Below are positions 47,114-57,101 of a stretch of DNA of 64,000 nt, one piece after another. Made by a program: the position numbers and the translations under genes. A model generated the notes under the pieces. It was not told the DNA's origin, searched no databases, and worked only from the letters and a program-made list of their open reading frames with translations. Position 1 is the first letter of the stretch. Every line of letters starts with the position of its first letter. This DNA is from Pseudomonadota bacterium (GTDB taxonomy: Bacteria; Pseudomonadota; Gammaproteobacteria; CALCKW01): positions 5,488 through 69,487 of the forward strand of contig JBCCUP010000008.1 of the NCBI GenBank assembly GCA_039196715.1, read 5' to 3'.

Positions 47114-47916
47114 GACGAGCCCTCGGATGAACCCATGATCTCCTCTTCCATGTCCCAGATCATGTTGAGGATCTCTTCACGCCGCACGGCGAAATCGGGG
47201 TGTTTCTTGACCTCGCGCAAGTCCGAGCTGACGCCGAGTTCGGCGAAGGGCAATTGGTATTCGGTGTGGATGCGCCCCGGTCGGGGCGCCATCACGATCA
47301 GCCGCTCGCCGAGCAACAGCGCTTCTTCGACCGAGTGCGTGATCAGGATGATGGTCTTGCCGGTCTCCTTCCAGAGCTTGAGAACCAGGCTTTGCATTTT
47401 CTCGCGCGTCAGCGCATCGAGCGCGCCGAGCGGCTCGTCCATCAGGATGACATCGGGGTCGTTTGCGAGGCACCGCGCCAGCGCGACACGCTGCTGCATC
47501 CCACCCGAGAGTTCATAGACCGCTTTGTCCTTGAAGTCGCCGAGGCCCACAACGTCGAGCAGGTGATTGACCACCTCGGCCTTCTCGGCTTCGGGTGTGC
47601 CTTTCATCAGCAGGCCGAACCCGACGTTCTCGCGCACCGACATCCATTCGAAGAGCGCGCCCTGCTGAAACACCATGCCACGCTCGGCGTCAGGCCCCGA
47701 GATCGGGTTGCCGTTGAGCTCCAGCCGACCGTCGGTTGCCTGCAGGAAGCCGGCAATGATGTTCAGGAGGGTTGTCTTGCCGCAGCCCGAGGGGCCGAGC
47801 ACGCTCAACAACTCGCCGGCCTTGAGCGTCAGGGACACGTTCTGCAGCGCCTGCACGGCATCGCCGTTGGGCAGCTCGAACCGCATGGAGAGATTTTCTA
47901 GGGAAAGCGTACCCAC
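47110..47916 (-). CDS. ABC transporter ATP-binding protein (NitT/TauT family, TauB/SsuB-like)
   Basis: Walker A GPSGCGKTT, signature LSGGMQQRVALARCL and Walker B ILMDEP. Its stop overlaps the permease start. Confidence 0.9.
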   Translation of the reverse strand: MGTLSLENLSMRFELPNGDAVQALQNVSLTLKAGELLSVLGPSGCGKTTLLNIIAGFLQATDGRLELNGNPISGPDAERGMVFQQGALFEWMSVRENVGFGLLMKGTPEAEKAEVVNHLLDVVGLGDFKDKAVYELSGGMQQRVALARCLANDPDVILMDEPLGALDALTREKMQSLVLKLWKETGKTIILITHSVEEALLLGERLIVMAPRPGRIHTEYQLPFAELGVSSDLREVKKHPDFAVRREEILNMIWDMEEEIMGSSEGSS

Positions 47917-48018
47917 GGGAACTCCTGGGTGGCGCCGGAGCAGGATACCCCAGCTGGAAGGTGCACCGACCGGTGCAAAATGTGCCAGCGCTGCGGCTGC
48001 AGCGCTGGCACAGCCGCA

Positions 48019-49032
48019 TCACATTTCGCTAGCAGCCTGCAACGGTCCGGTGTTGACCGCGTCTTCGTAGCTGTCGAGGGCCGAATCGATCGATCCCGCA
48101 CCGACAAACACATCCGCCACACCCTTCATGAAGGTTGCCGCGTTACCGCCGAGCCACTTGCCGGACAGCTGCTCTTCCACAGACGGGAACTTCATGGTGG
48201 AGATGGATGAACGGGCCGCCTCGAGGTCCATACCGGAACCCTGCGCGATGGCCTCGAGCAGGTCGTCGGACTGGTTGGCGTTCCACGCGTCGTTTGCGTC
48301 GGCTGTCACCTTGAGGAATTTCGCGACGATGTCGCCGTTCTCAGCGATGAAAGACGCCGGCGCCGAGGTCACGTCGAACACCAGGATGCCGAGCTCTTCT
48401 TTTTCGGAGCCGGTCAGCAGCACGTTGCCGTGCTCCTTCATGCGGGTCAGACCGCCGCCGTAGCCGCACGCGAAATCAACCGCGCCCTGGCCGAGGGCAG
48501 CTGCGCCTTCGGGCGGAGCCATGTCAACGACCTGGAGGCTGGCCAGGTCGACACCGAAGTGGTCCATCTGGCGCAGGAAGCCGTAGTGCGCGGCGGTGCC
48601 AAGTGGCACAGCCACTTTCTTACCGGAAAGCTCTGACGCGCTGTCCTTGTCGATCTCGAGGCCAGAAGACACGACGCAGTTGTCGTTGTCGGAGTAGCTC
48701 ACCGCAACGTCGACCACTTGAATGTCCTGCCCGCCTGAAGCCGCAACGACAAAGGGCGGCACGCCCTGTGACACGGCAATCTGCACGTCACCTGAGGCCA
48801 TCGCGGCGCTCATGGCGGTGCCGGTCTCGAACGACACCCAGTTCACCTTCATGCCCAGGGCTTCGTCGTACACGCCGCTCTCTTTGGCCGCGAGAAACGG
48901 CATTGGCCACTCGAGGAAGTACGCGACGGTAATTTCCTCGTGGCCCGCCGCCACAGCGCTCTGGGCGCCTGTCAGGGCCAGCGCGCCAGCGACCAGCATG
49001 TGCGTTAAACGTAGTTTCACACTCATCTCCAT
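48019..49032 (-). CDS. ABC transporter substrate-binding protein (NMT1/TauA/SsuA-like, periplasmic)
   Basis: Signal peptide MEMSVKLRLTHMLVAGALALTGAQSAVAA. This SBP type accompanies the TauB/TauC genes. The 555-aa ORF-track frame is an over-extension. Confidence 0.75.
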   Translation of the reverse strand: MEMSVKLRLTHMLVAGALALTGAQSAVAAGHEEITVAYFLEWPMPFLAAKESGVYDEALGMKVNWVSFETGTAMSAAMASGDVQIAVSQGVPPFVVAASGGQDIQVVDVAVSYSDNDNCVVSSGLEIDKDSASELSGKKVAVPLGTAAHYGFLRQMDHFGVDLASLQVVDMAPPEGAAALGQGAVDFACGYGGGLTRMKEHGNVLLTGSEKEELGILVFDVTSAPASFIAENGDIVAKFLKVTADANDAWNANQSDDLLEAIAQGSGMDLEAARSSISTMKFPSVEEQLSGKWLGGNAATFMKGVADVFVGAGSIDSALDSYEDAVNTGPLQAASEM

Positions 49033-49287
49033 TTTGGATTGGATATTGTGGCGTCGGGGTGCCCGCGTACCGCGGGTCGCCCCCCGACTGTTCCATTTTC
49101 GATGCACAGGGCAAGCGGACTGGAGGTCCAGCGCTGCCCGGACCAAGGGTCCAGCGTGATCGGGAAATCCCCCCGACACACACAACCGCAGTGCCGAGAC
49201 GCCGCTGAAAGTACCTGTTTTTGGCAGCGTGTTCCAGCTCTTACGTACAATTGCCGAACCGATCACCGAGCGACAGGCCGTCAGCGC

Positions 49288-50586
49288 ATGCCCGCCATCC
49301 CGAACACCGTGCACTGGTCCCGAACCGCGATTCCCGAGACCCGATTCCCGGCCCTGACTGGCGACGTCAACGCGGACGTCGTGGTCATCGGCGGCGGGTT
49401 GACCGGTTTGCGGAGCGCCATCGGCCTGGCGGAAGCCGGCGTCGACGTGGTGCTGCTCGAGGCGAACGCGATCGCCCACGGCGCCTCGGGCCGGAGCGGT
49501 GGGCAGTGCAACCCGATCTGGCGGCAGACGCCCGAGCAACTGCGCGCGAAATGGGGGGCCGCGCAAGCGGGCCGTCTGATCACGACCACGCTCGGGGCCG
49601 CCGACGCCCTGTTCGACGACATCGCGCGCTACGGGGTGGACTGCGACGCCGAGCAGCACGGCTGGGTGCAGGCCGCCCACACGCACGCGTCGCGTCGCAC
49701 CCTGGAGACGCTTGGCGATGGCTGGCGCGCGGTGGGCGCCGACATCACGGTGCTCGAGGGCGACGAGGTGACCGCGCGGTGCGGGTCTTCTGCTTACGGC
49801 TACGCCCTATTTCACCGGCGCGGCGGTCATGTCCACCCGCTGTCACTGAGCCGCGGCTACGCTGCTGCAGCCACTCGGCTCGGTGCCCGACTCCACTGCG
49901 ACTCACCGGTGCGCAACATCGCCCGGGACGGCAGCACGTGGCGCGTGACCACGGCGGCCGGTTCAGTCACCTCGGCGCAGGTGGTGTTGGCGACCAACGC
50001 GTACACCCCACAGGAACTCTGGCCGGCGTTGGCCAGCAGCATCGTGCCCATGGTCAGCATCTGTTTGGCCACCGAGCCGCTGTCCGAGGCACAGCGCGCC
50101 GAGGTGCTGCCGGGCCGGGTCACGCTCTCGGATTGCCGCCTGGCGATCTACTACACGCGCTACGACCGCGACAATCGCCTCGTCTTCGGCTGCATCGGCA
50201 GTTCGGAACAGGCCGACCGACTCGGTGGCACCCGACGGTTGCTGAACGGCTTGCACACGGTGTTTCCCCAGCTCAAGGGCATCGGCATCGAGTGCGTCTG
50301 GGGCGGGCACATCGCGATGACTCCGGACATGATGCCGAAAATCCACGAGCCGGCGCCGGGTGTCACGGCCGGGCTCGGGTTCAGTGGCCGCGGGATCGCG
50401 ATGACCTCGGTCATGGGGCGCGCGCTTGCGGCGCGCGTGCTCGGTGGCGCGGCCGACGCGTTGCCGTTCCCGGTCACTCCCCTCACCCCCATTCCCTTCC
50501 ACCGGCCGATCAGCGCGCTGGTGCCACTTGCACCGCCCTTTCTGGCGGCGCGCGACGCGCTCCACGCGACCACGAACGCACTCTGA
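49288..50586 (+). CDS. FAD-dependent oxidoreductase (DAO family; gamma-glutamylputrescine-oxidase/glycine-oxidase-like)
   Basis: N-terminal dinucleotide fold DVVVIGGGLTGLRSAIGLAEAGVDVVLLE. 432 aa. Confidence 0.75.
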   Translation: MPAIPNTVHWSRTAIPETRFPALTGDVNADVVVIGGGLTGLRSAIGLAEAGVDVVLLEANAIAHGASGRSGGQCNPIWRQTPEQLRAKWGAAQAGRLITTTLGAADALFDDIARYGVDCDAEQHGWVQAAHTHASRRTLETLGDGWRAVGADITVLEGDEVTARCGSSAYGYALFHRRGGHVHPLSLSRGYAAAATRLGARLHCDSPVRNIARDGSTWRVTTAAGSVTSAQVVLATNAYTPQELWPALASSIVPMVSICLATEPLSEAQRAEVLPGRVTLSDCRLAIYYTRYDRDNRLVFGCIGSSEQADRLGGTRRLLNGLHTVFPQLKGIGIECVWGGHIAMTPDMMPKIHEPAPGVTAGLGFSGRGIAMTSVMGRALAARVLGGAADALPFPVTPLTPIPFHRPISALVPLAPPFLAARDALHATTNAL

Positions 50587-50709
50587 AGCGGCGCTTGGCG
50601 CACCGCCGCCGGGGGCGGAGTCACCGGCGAGCCCTCCCGTGCTTGCAGCGCGGCAGCCATTCGGGCACGGTAGCGTTGAATACGTATGCAATTTGCCTTG
50701 GAGGCGCCC

Positions 50710-51681
50710 ATGACACCCGCCCAGATGGCCCAACGCACCGTGCGTTACGGCGAGCTTGTGCCGTGCAAGACCGCGTTTATCGACGCCCACACACCGGGTT
50801 CGGATCAGAAGGAAAACTTCACCATCATCGGCGCCGGGGTCTCCGAGAGCCCGGACCAGCATGTGCACATCCGCGACACCCCGGGCTTCAACATCGGCGC
50901 GGCCGGGCAGCCCCCGCACTGCCGCAACTCGCTGCACACCCACCGCACCGCCGAGGTGTTTTTCGTGCTGCGCGGCCGCTGGCGTTTCTTCTGGGGCCGC
51001 TGGGGGAACGCGGGCGAGGTCACCCTCGAGGAAGGTGACGTCTTCAATATCCCGACGGGTATGTTCCGTGGCTTCGAGAACATCGGCACCGACTACGGCA
51101 TGATCATGGCGATACTCGGCGGGGACGATGCCGGCGGCGGTGTCGTCTGGGCTCCGCAGGTGATCGAGGAGGCGCGCGACCACGGGCTGGTGCTCGCCGA
51201 CACCGGGCGGCTGTACGACACCACGCGCGGTGAATCGCTGCCCGAGGGTGTCGCACCGATGCCGGTGATGGAGGACGCCGCACTCGCCCAGATGGCCGAG
51301 CCGACCAGCCAGCAGGTGGTGCCCCGCTGCGTCGCTCGCTACTGGGACATGATGGCGCTCGCCGACCGCGCACCGGCGCGTGTCATCGGCGAGGATGCCC
51401 TGCTTTACGACCGGCCCGGATTCGAAGTGGATTTCGTCGGCCGCCACTCGCTCGGTGACCGGCGCATCGAGAGCCCGCGTCACGAGATCCTGATGCCGCA
51501 GCGCGGCCACTGGTCACTCACCTGGGACGGCGGGTCGACCACGCTCAACCCCGGCGACACCTGCGCCGTGCCCCCCGGCTTGGCCCACACCCTGACACCG
51601 TCGATGAGCGGTGAAGCCAGTTTGTTCCGCGTTCGCAACACGGACGACCGCGCCGGGCCGACCACCCCGCGTCCCGCGTGA
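50710..51681 (+). CDS. cupin (bicupin) domain protein
   Basis: A GGAGG RBS precedes ATG 50710. Two cupin-like halves carry His-containing motifs (HTHRTAEVFFVLRG, HEILMPQRGHWSL). Confidence 0.6.
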   Translation: MTPAQMAQRTVRYGELVPCKTAFIDAHTPGSDQKENFTIIGAGVSESPDQHVHIRDTPGFNIGAAGQPPHCRNSLHTHRTAEVFFVLRGRWRFFWGRWGNAGEVTLEEGDVFNIPTGMFRGFENIGTDYGMIMAILGGDDAGGGVVWAPQVIEEARDHGLVLADTGRLYDTTRGESLPEGVAPMPVMEDAALAQMAEPTSQQVVPRCVARYWDMMALADRAPARVIGEDALLYDRPGFEVDFVGRHSLGDRRIESPRHEILMPQRGHWSLTWDGGSTTLNPGDTCAVPPGLAHTLTPSMSGEASLFRVRNTDDRAGPTTPRPA

Positions 51682-52475
51682 ACACAGACAGCGGGCAACA
51701 CGGCAGCGTGCCGCTGCTGATGTTGCCCGGCATGATGTGCGATGACCGGCTGTTCGCGCCGCAGATCGGTGCGCTCGCCGGTGAGCGCACCGTGCACGTC
51801 GCGCCCATCACGGGCGCGGACACTGTCGCCGGGCTCGCCGCCGAGGTGCTCGCACAGGCGCCGCCCCGGTTTGCGCTCGCGGGGTTGTCGATGGGCGGCA
51901 TCGTGGCGATGGCAATCGTTCAGCAGGCGCCCGACCGGGTCGAACGACTCGCCCTGCTGGACACCAATCCGTTGCCGGACGTGCCCGAGCGCGTCGCCGT
52001 GCGGAACCGCCAGATCGCGGCCGCGACAGCCGGGGGGCTGCGCGACATCCTGCGCGACGAGATGAAGCCGCACTACCTCGGCGACAGCCCGAACCGCGAG
52101 CGCATCCTCGCACTCTGCATGGCCATGGGTGAGGCACTCGGTCCGACGGTGTTTGTGCGCCAGTCTCGCGCGTTGCGAGACCGCCCGGATCTGTGCAGCG
52201 CACTTGCGCACTACCACCGACCCGCCCTGGTCCTGTGCGGTCGAGACGACGTGCTGTGTCCACCCGAACGCCACCGCCTCATGGCCGATCTGCTCGTTGA
52301 CGCCGACCTCGTGGTGGTGGACGGCGCGGGCCACCTGCCGACGCTGGAGCAACCGAATGCGACGAACGACACGCTGCGCCGTTGGTTGACCCGCGCGCCG
52401 CGCATGGCCTCAGCCGGTCAGGAAGGCCCGGGAAAAAGCCCGCTCACCGCGCGCGCTGAAGTGCACCGCCCGTGA
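51678..52475 (+). CDS. alpha/beta hydrolase fold protein
   Basis: The GTG start overlaps the upstream stop (GTGA). The nucleophile elbow is GLSMGG. Confidence 0.7.
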   Translation: MNTDSGQHGSVPLLMLPGMMCDDRLFAPQIGALAGERTVHVAPITGADTVAGLAAEVLAQAPPRFALAGLSMGGIVAMAIVQQAPDRVERLALLDTNPLPDVPERVAVRNRQIAAATAGGLRDILRDEMKPHYLGDSPNRERILALCMAMGEALGPTVFVRQSRALRDRPDLCSALAHYHRPALVLCGRDDVLCPPERHRLMADLLVDADLVVVDGAGHLPTLEQPNATNDTLRRWLTRAPRMASAGQEGPGKSPLTARAEVHRP

Positions 52476-53102
52476 GCCGGTTGCCCGGTTTGCCCAGCCC
52501 GAGCGCAGCACGTGCTCGAGCACCAGATGCCCGACACTGCCCGCGAGGTGGTGTCGTCGCGCACTCCAGTCGAGGCACGCGCGGCAGAGCGGGCGCTGCC
52601 GTCGGGCCACCGACGCGAGCGGCAGACCGAGGCGCTCGAGGGCCGTGTGTCCAGCGTCGGTCAAGTGCACCGGTGGCGTCTCATCCGCGTCCTCGACCGC
52701 GATCCATCCGCGCGCTCGAAACGCCTCGAACAGCTCGACCGCCCGCTCACCCGCCAGGTGGTCGTAGCACACGCGGGCTGCGCGCAACGACGGCGAACGC
52801 GGCCCGGTCCAGACTGCAGCACCGGGTTCATTCGCAACCAGGCCCATCATCTGCTCGAGCAGGCCGGCGACCGCCCCCGAGCGCAACGCGAAGTAGGCGT
52901 GACGGCCCTGACGATCACGGCGCAGCAACCCGGCATCGTGCAGGCGACCGAGGTGGGCGCTCGCGGTTTGCCGGGTGATGCCCGCTGCGTTGGCGAGCTC
53001 GGTCGCTGTCAACGCCCGCCCGTCCATCAGCGCGACCAGCATGGCCGCCCGCGCGGGGTCGCCAATGGCCTGGGCAATGCGGGTGATCGGTGGGGCTTCC
53101 AT
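52410..53102 (-). CDS. ArsR/SmtB-family winged-helix transcriptional regulator with a C-terminal extension domain
   Basis: The HTH reads [53 protein letters not shown]. It is divergent from the NIPSNAP-ABM pair. Confidence 0.65.
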   Translation of the reverse strand: MEAPPITRIAQAIGDPARAAMLVALMDGRALTATELANAAGITRQTASAHLGRLHDAGLLRRDRQGRHAYFALRSGAVAGLLEQMMGLVANEPGAAVWTGPRSPSLRAARVCYDHLAGERAVELFEAFRARGWIAVEDADETPPVHLTDAGHTALERLGLPLASVARRQRPLCRACLDWSARRHHLAGSVGHLVLEHVLRSGWANRATGSRAVHFSARGERAFSRAFLTG

Positions 53103-53217
53103 GCCGTCATGCTGCCGTTCCCCCGCGCAGCGGGCAAGCCCGACACTTCGCTGCGGAACGAAGCGTGGCGACGCCGCCCGGCCGACACTCGGCCCGTCAG
53201 ACACCGGAGCGCAGCCC

Positions 53218-53544
53218 ATGGCCATCACCTGTTTCATCGAGTACCGCATCGACCCACACCAACGCGACGCCTTTCGCCGATACGCCGCCACCTGGGGGCG
53301 CGTGATCCCGGCCTGCGGCGCCGACCTGATCGGCTATTTCGGTCCCCACGAGGGCTGCAGCGAAACCGCCTACGGCGTCTACACGCTGCCGAGCCTCGCC
53401 GCCTACGAGGCCTACCGTGCGCGGCTGGCAGCCCATCCCGAGGCGCAGGCCAACTTCGCCTTCGCCCAGCGCGACCGGTTCCTGCGCGCGGAGCGCAGGC
53501 GCTTTCTGCTAAAAGACTCGGACACCGCGACAACCGACACCTGA
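53218..53544 (+). CDS. NIPSNAP family protein
   Basis: 108 aa in the dimeric alpha/beta-barrel family, with the NIPSNAP-like region [27 protein letters not shown]. Confidence 0.6.
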   Translation: MAITCFIEYRIDPHQRDAFRRYAATWGRVIPACGADLIGYFGPHEGCSETAYGVYTLPSLAAYEAYRARLAAHPEAQANFAFAQRDRFLRAERRRFLLKDSDTATTDT

Positions 53545-53556
53545 ACACGCCCTCAC

Positions 53557-53892
53557 ATGATTGCAGTCATCTTCGAAGTCTGGCCCGACACCGCGCACCG
53601 CTCGGCCTACCTCGATATCGCCGCCGAGCTCAAACCCCTGCTCGAGGGCATCGACGGTTTCATTTCGGTCGAGCGGTTCGAGAGCTTGAGCGAGGACGGC
53701 AAACTGCTGTCGCTCAGTTTTTTCCGAGACGAGGCGGCGGTGGTCGCCTGGCGCAACACGCTCGAGCACCGCAAGGCGCAGGCGATCGGCCGCAACAGCT
53801 ACTTCAGCGACTACCGGCTGCGGGTGTGCTCGGTGCTGCGCGACTACGGCCTGTCCGAGCGTGCCGAGGTGCCGGCCGACTCACCGCACTGA
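53557..53892 (+). CDS. antibiotic-biosynthesis-monooxygenase (ABM)-like / dimeric alpha-beta barrel protein
   Basis: 111 aa. The sequence MIAVIFEVWPD...FISVERFESL...FFRDEAAVVAW is typical of the ABM fold. Confidence 0.6.
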   Translation: MIAVIFEVWPDTAHRSAYLDIAAELKPLLEGIDGFISVERFESLSEDGKLLSLSFFRDEAAVVAWRNTLEHRKAQAIGRNSYFSDYRLRVCSVLRDYGLSERAEVPADSPH

Positions 53893-53942
53893 CGCACCCA
53901 CGCGACCGGGCTGCCGACGTCACGAGCCCAGCGGCCCCGGGT

Positions 53943-54833
53943 TCACGGCGCCTGCAGAGCCACCAGGCGGCGTTGGAACTGGTCGGCGAAGTCGGCCACC
54001 GAGTGCTGGCTGACCGTGCCCTTGCCCTCGATGAAGTTGGTGCGGAATTCAACGATCCGCGGGTTGGCCGTGGACACGCGGTAGAAGAAGCGGCTCAACA
54101 GGCGCGCGTAGGCAAGCACCTCGCCGTGTTCGAACACCCGCGCCATCAACAGCCCTTCACTCGCGCGTTCACGGTCGCGCTTGGGAATCTGAAAGTACCC
54201 GGTGACCGGGCTGCTGTGGAAGGCACAGACGAACTCGGCCCGCCGCGGGCTGCTGTAGGCAAAGAGCTGGGCCAGGCCCCCGCCGAGCGAGTGGCCGGCG
54301 GTGTAGAGGCGGAAATCGGCCCCGAGGGTGTCGGTCAGGTAGGCCAGCGCCGGTTCGACAATGTGGGCCACTTGCTTGTAGTGGTTGTTGACGCCCGGCA
54401 CGAAGCGCGTCAACCAGTGCGCGTTGCTCCACCAGTCGGCGGCCTTGACCGTGCCACGAAACACCACGACTGCGCGCTTGTTGGCGCGGTCGAGCCAGAT
54501 CGCGTACTTCAGCGACTTGATGTTGAAGCCCTTGGTCAGTGTTGGTCCCTGCCAGTCGCTTTTCTCCCAGCCCGCGGCGTCGGCGCGACCGGTCCAGCGT
54601 TGCGGGTGGCGGTTCTTTTCGAGGTCGCGCTTTTCCGGATCCCGGTCGGCGTCTTCGTCAACGTAGATGTCCGCACAGAGCTGCGCGAAGGTGCACACGT
54701 CCTGCAGGTGGGGCCCGTAGCCGGACGACATGAGGTCACGTGCGTTGTAGGCAAAGACCTTCCCGTGATCGCGTACGATGATCTGGTTGTCGCTTTGCTT
54801 CTGGGGGTACTCTTCGATTTCAAACGCATCCAT
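53943..54833 (-). CDS. class 3 (fungal-type) lipase family alpha/beta hydrolase
   Basis: Nucleophile elbow YTAGHSLGGGLAQLFA, preceded by AVVVFRGT, which matches the lipase_3 pattern. Confidence 0.65.
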   Translation of the reverse strand: MDAFEIEEYPQKQSDNQIIVRDHGKVFAYNARDLMSSGYGPHLQDVCTFAQLCADIYVDEDADRDPEKRDLEKNRHPQRWTGRADAAGWEKSDWQGPTLTKGFNIKSLKYAIWLDRANKRAVVVFRGTVKAADWWSNAHWLTRFVPGVNNHYKQVAHIVEPALAYLTDTLGADFRLYTAGHSLGGGLAQLFAYSSPRRAEFVCAFHSSPVTGYFQIPKRDRERASEGLLMARVFEHGEVLAYARLLSRFFYRVSTANPRIVEFRTNFIEGKGTVSQHSVADFADQFQRRLVALQAP

Positions 54834-55017
54834 TCGACAGTCCTCTCCCGCGGTGACCGGCTGTCCTCTGCGACAGCGTTGCGTTGACCGTGTGCAATCC
54901 TATCGCAAAAACACAACCCCGGCACCCCGTCGCGCCCCCGTTTCATGACTCAAACAGGCTACCCTCTGCGCCCTCCCACCGCCTGACAGGCCTTGATCTC
55001 GCGCGGCGGGGTCTGTC

Positions 55018-55896
55018 GTGCTCGCCGGCACCGGCCTGTCGCTTTTCAGCGCCCACGCACGGATCGCCGGTGACGCCGCGGCGCTCCGTCAACACCGACA
55101 CACGCTCTGGCGACCCGCCGCGGCCCTGTTTGCCTTCGGTGCACTGAGCACACCCGTGTGGCCAGCCGATTTCCTGCGTTTCCACGGCGTTGACATCGCC
55201 CTTGCGGCGTTCTGCCTCGCGCGCCATCGAACGGTTCTGGTCGGGTTCACGCTCGCGCTGCCCGTCGCGTTTTGCACGGATCTGCGCATGCTGGATTACG
55301 AATACCGTTGGAATGTCAACACACTCGACTACTGTGGGCTCTGGACGCTGGACGGCATGCTGCACCACTTCCTGTTCAACGGCTTTAATCCCGTCGTGCC
55401 GTGGTTGGCTTTCGTGTTCCACGGCATGCTGCTGGGCCGGCTTCGGCTGCCGAACACGGGATTGCAACGTCGGATGGTGGTCTGGAGCGCCAGTGTCGCT
55501 GTGCTCACCGAGATCCTGAGCCTCACGCTAGTGGCATTGGCGTCAGGTGACCTCGACCTGGGGGCGCACTCCGACACCGAATCCATGCCACCTGTGCCGC
55601 TCTACCTGATCGCAGCCGTCGGCAACGCGACCGCGCTGATCGGGGCCTGCCTCGCGCTCGCCCGCCGCGTCGGCGACGCGCGCGTGCTGAGCGCGCTGGT
55701 GCACACCGGCCTACTCGCGCTGACGCGCTGCAGTGCACACGTGTTTGTCGGCTTCGGAACGCTCGAGACCCTCGGCCTGCTCGGCAAACAGTGTCGAGGC
55801 ACCGCGGTCCTCACAAGCGCCCTGTTCTGCCTGCTTGCGGTCGGCTTCGCCCACGGACCGGCCAATAGGCTGTTGCGCCGGTTGAGCCGACGTTGA
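55018..55896 (+). CDS. DUF418-like polytopic membrane protein (possibly N-terminally truncated)
   Basis: Hydrophobic ORF with a DUF418-like C-terminal region. The start is uncertain. Confidence 0.35.
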   Translation: MLAGTGLSLFSAHARIAGDAAALRQHRHTLWRPAAALFAFGALSTPVWPADFLRFHGVDIALAAFCLARHRTVLVGFTLALPVAFCTDLRMLDYEYRWNVNTLDYCGLWTLDGMLHHFLFNGFNPVVPWLAFVFHGMLLGRLRLPNTGLQRRMVVWSASVAVLTEILSLTLVALASGDLDLGAHSDTESMPPVPLYLIAAVGNATALIGACLALARRVGDARVLSALVHTGLLALTRCSAHVFVGFGTLETLGLLGKQCRGTAVLTSALFCLLAVGFAHGPANRLLRRLSRR

Positions 55897-55930
55897 CGCC
55901 AGCTGCGCCCTGTGTGTCCCGCGGTCCGCT

Positions 55931-57088
55931 CTAGCGCAGCACCGCCCCGGTGTCGGTCAGCGCACACCGGGCCTCGGCCGAGAAACCGAGTTCGATCAGG
56001 ATGGCATCGGCGTTGCTGCCCGCCGCGTTCGGCGCCGTTGGCACCGGCGCAGGTGTGCGGCTGAAGCGCGGCGCCGGGCTGGCCTGTGGCACGCCGTCGA
56101 GCTCGCACCAGACGCTGCGCTCGCGGTTGTGCGGGTGGCGTCTTGCTTCGGAAAACGTCAGCACCGGCGCGACACAGGCGTCACCGTCTGCAAACACGGC
56201 CTCCCAGTGCGCGCGTGACCGGGCGGCGAAGGTGTCGGCCAGGGTGGTCTCCAGCGCCGGCCAGTGCGCGCGGTCGTACTGTCGCGTCCGCCACACGGGG
56301 TCGAGTTCGAGACGACTGAGCATCTCGGCAAAGAACGGCGGTTCGAGTGGGCCCACGCTGACGTAGGCGCCGTCCGCGGTGCGGTAGCAGCGGTAGAACG
56401 GCGCGCCGCCGTCGAGCAGGTTGTCACCGCGCTGCTCGGTCCACTCACCGCGCGCGAGCAGCTGATGGATGAGCCCCATCATCGCTGGCACGCCGTCCAC
56501 CATGGCGGCATCGACCACCTGCCCGCGACCCGATCGGTTGCACTCCCAGAGCGCCGAGAGCACCCCGAACAGCAGAAACAGCGTCCCCCCACCGTAGTCC
56601 GCCGCCAGGTTCAGCGGCGGGACCGGTGGCGTGTCGGGGTCGCCCATCGCGTGCAGGGCGCCCGAGAGCCCGAGGTAATTGATGTCGTGGCCAGCCCGCG
56701 AGGACCACGGGCCACTCTGACCCCACCCGGTCATGCGGGCGTAGACGAGCCCCGCATTGGCCTCAAAGCAGGTGTCGGGGCCAAGGCCAAGCCGTTCCAT
56801 GACGCCGGGTCGGAAACCTTCGATCAGCACGTCGGTGCGCGCGATCAGCTTGTGCGCCACGTCGAGCCCGTCGGCGTGCTTGAGGTTGAGCGCGATCGAG
56901 CGTTTGCCGCGCCGGTTGACGTCGGTGGGGTCCGATTGCCCCGCTGCCCGGTCGACGACAATCACGTCAGCACCGAGGTCCGCAAGCAGTTGGCCGGCGA
57001 GCGGCGCCGGCCCGAGCCCGGTCATCTCCACCACCCGTAACCCGTCCAGCGGGCCACCGCGATGGTGTGTGTCGGGTGTCTGGCTCAC
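55931..57088 (-). CDS. CoA-transferase family III (CaiB/BaiF/alpha-methylacyl-CoA racemase-like)
   Basis: N-terminus GPLDGLRVVEMTGLGPAPLAGQLLADLGADVIVV, with the catalytic Asp region downstream. 386 aa. Confidence 0.85.
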   Translation of the reverse strand: MSQTPDTHHRGGPLDGLRVVEMTGLGPAPLAGQLLADLGADVIVVDRAAGQSDPTDVNRRGKRSIALNLKHADGLDVAHKLIARTDVLIEGFRPGVMERLGLGPDTCFEANAGLVYARMTGWGQSGPWSSRAGHDINYLGLSGALHAMGDPDTPPVPPLNLAADYGGGTLFLLFGVLSALWECNRSGRGQVVDAAMVDGVPAMMGLIHQLLARGEWTEQRGDNLLDGGAPFYRCYRTADGAYVSVGPLEPPFFAEMLSRLELDPVWRTRQYDRAHWPALETTLADTFAARSRAHWEAVFADGDACVAPVLTFSEARRHPHNRERSVWCELDGVPQASPAPRFSRTPAPVPTAPNAAGSNADAILIELGFSAEARCALTDTGAVLR

Positions 57089-57101
57089 GCGCGTTGCCGC
57101 G

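Noticed and set aside
49221-51038. 605-aa plus-strand ORF overlapping the FAD-oxidoreductase and cupin genes in another frame
   Set aside because: Arg/Pro/Gly-rich low-complexity translation. The alternative frames give recognisable FAD-binding and cupin proteins.
52512-54887. 791-aa plus-strand ORF spanning the ArsR, NIPSNAP, ABM and lipase genes
   Set aside because: Low-complexity and overlapping four better-supported genes on both strands. A typical GC-rich artefact.
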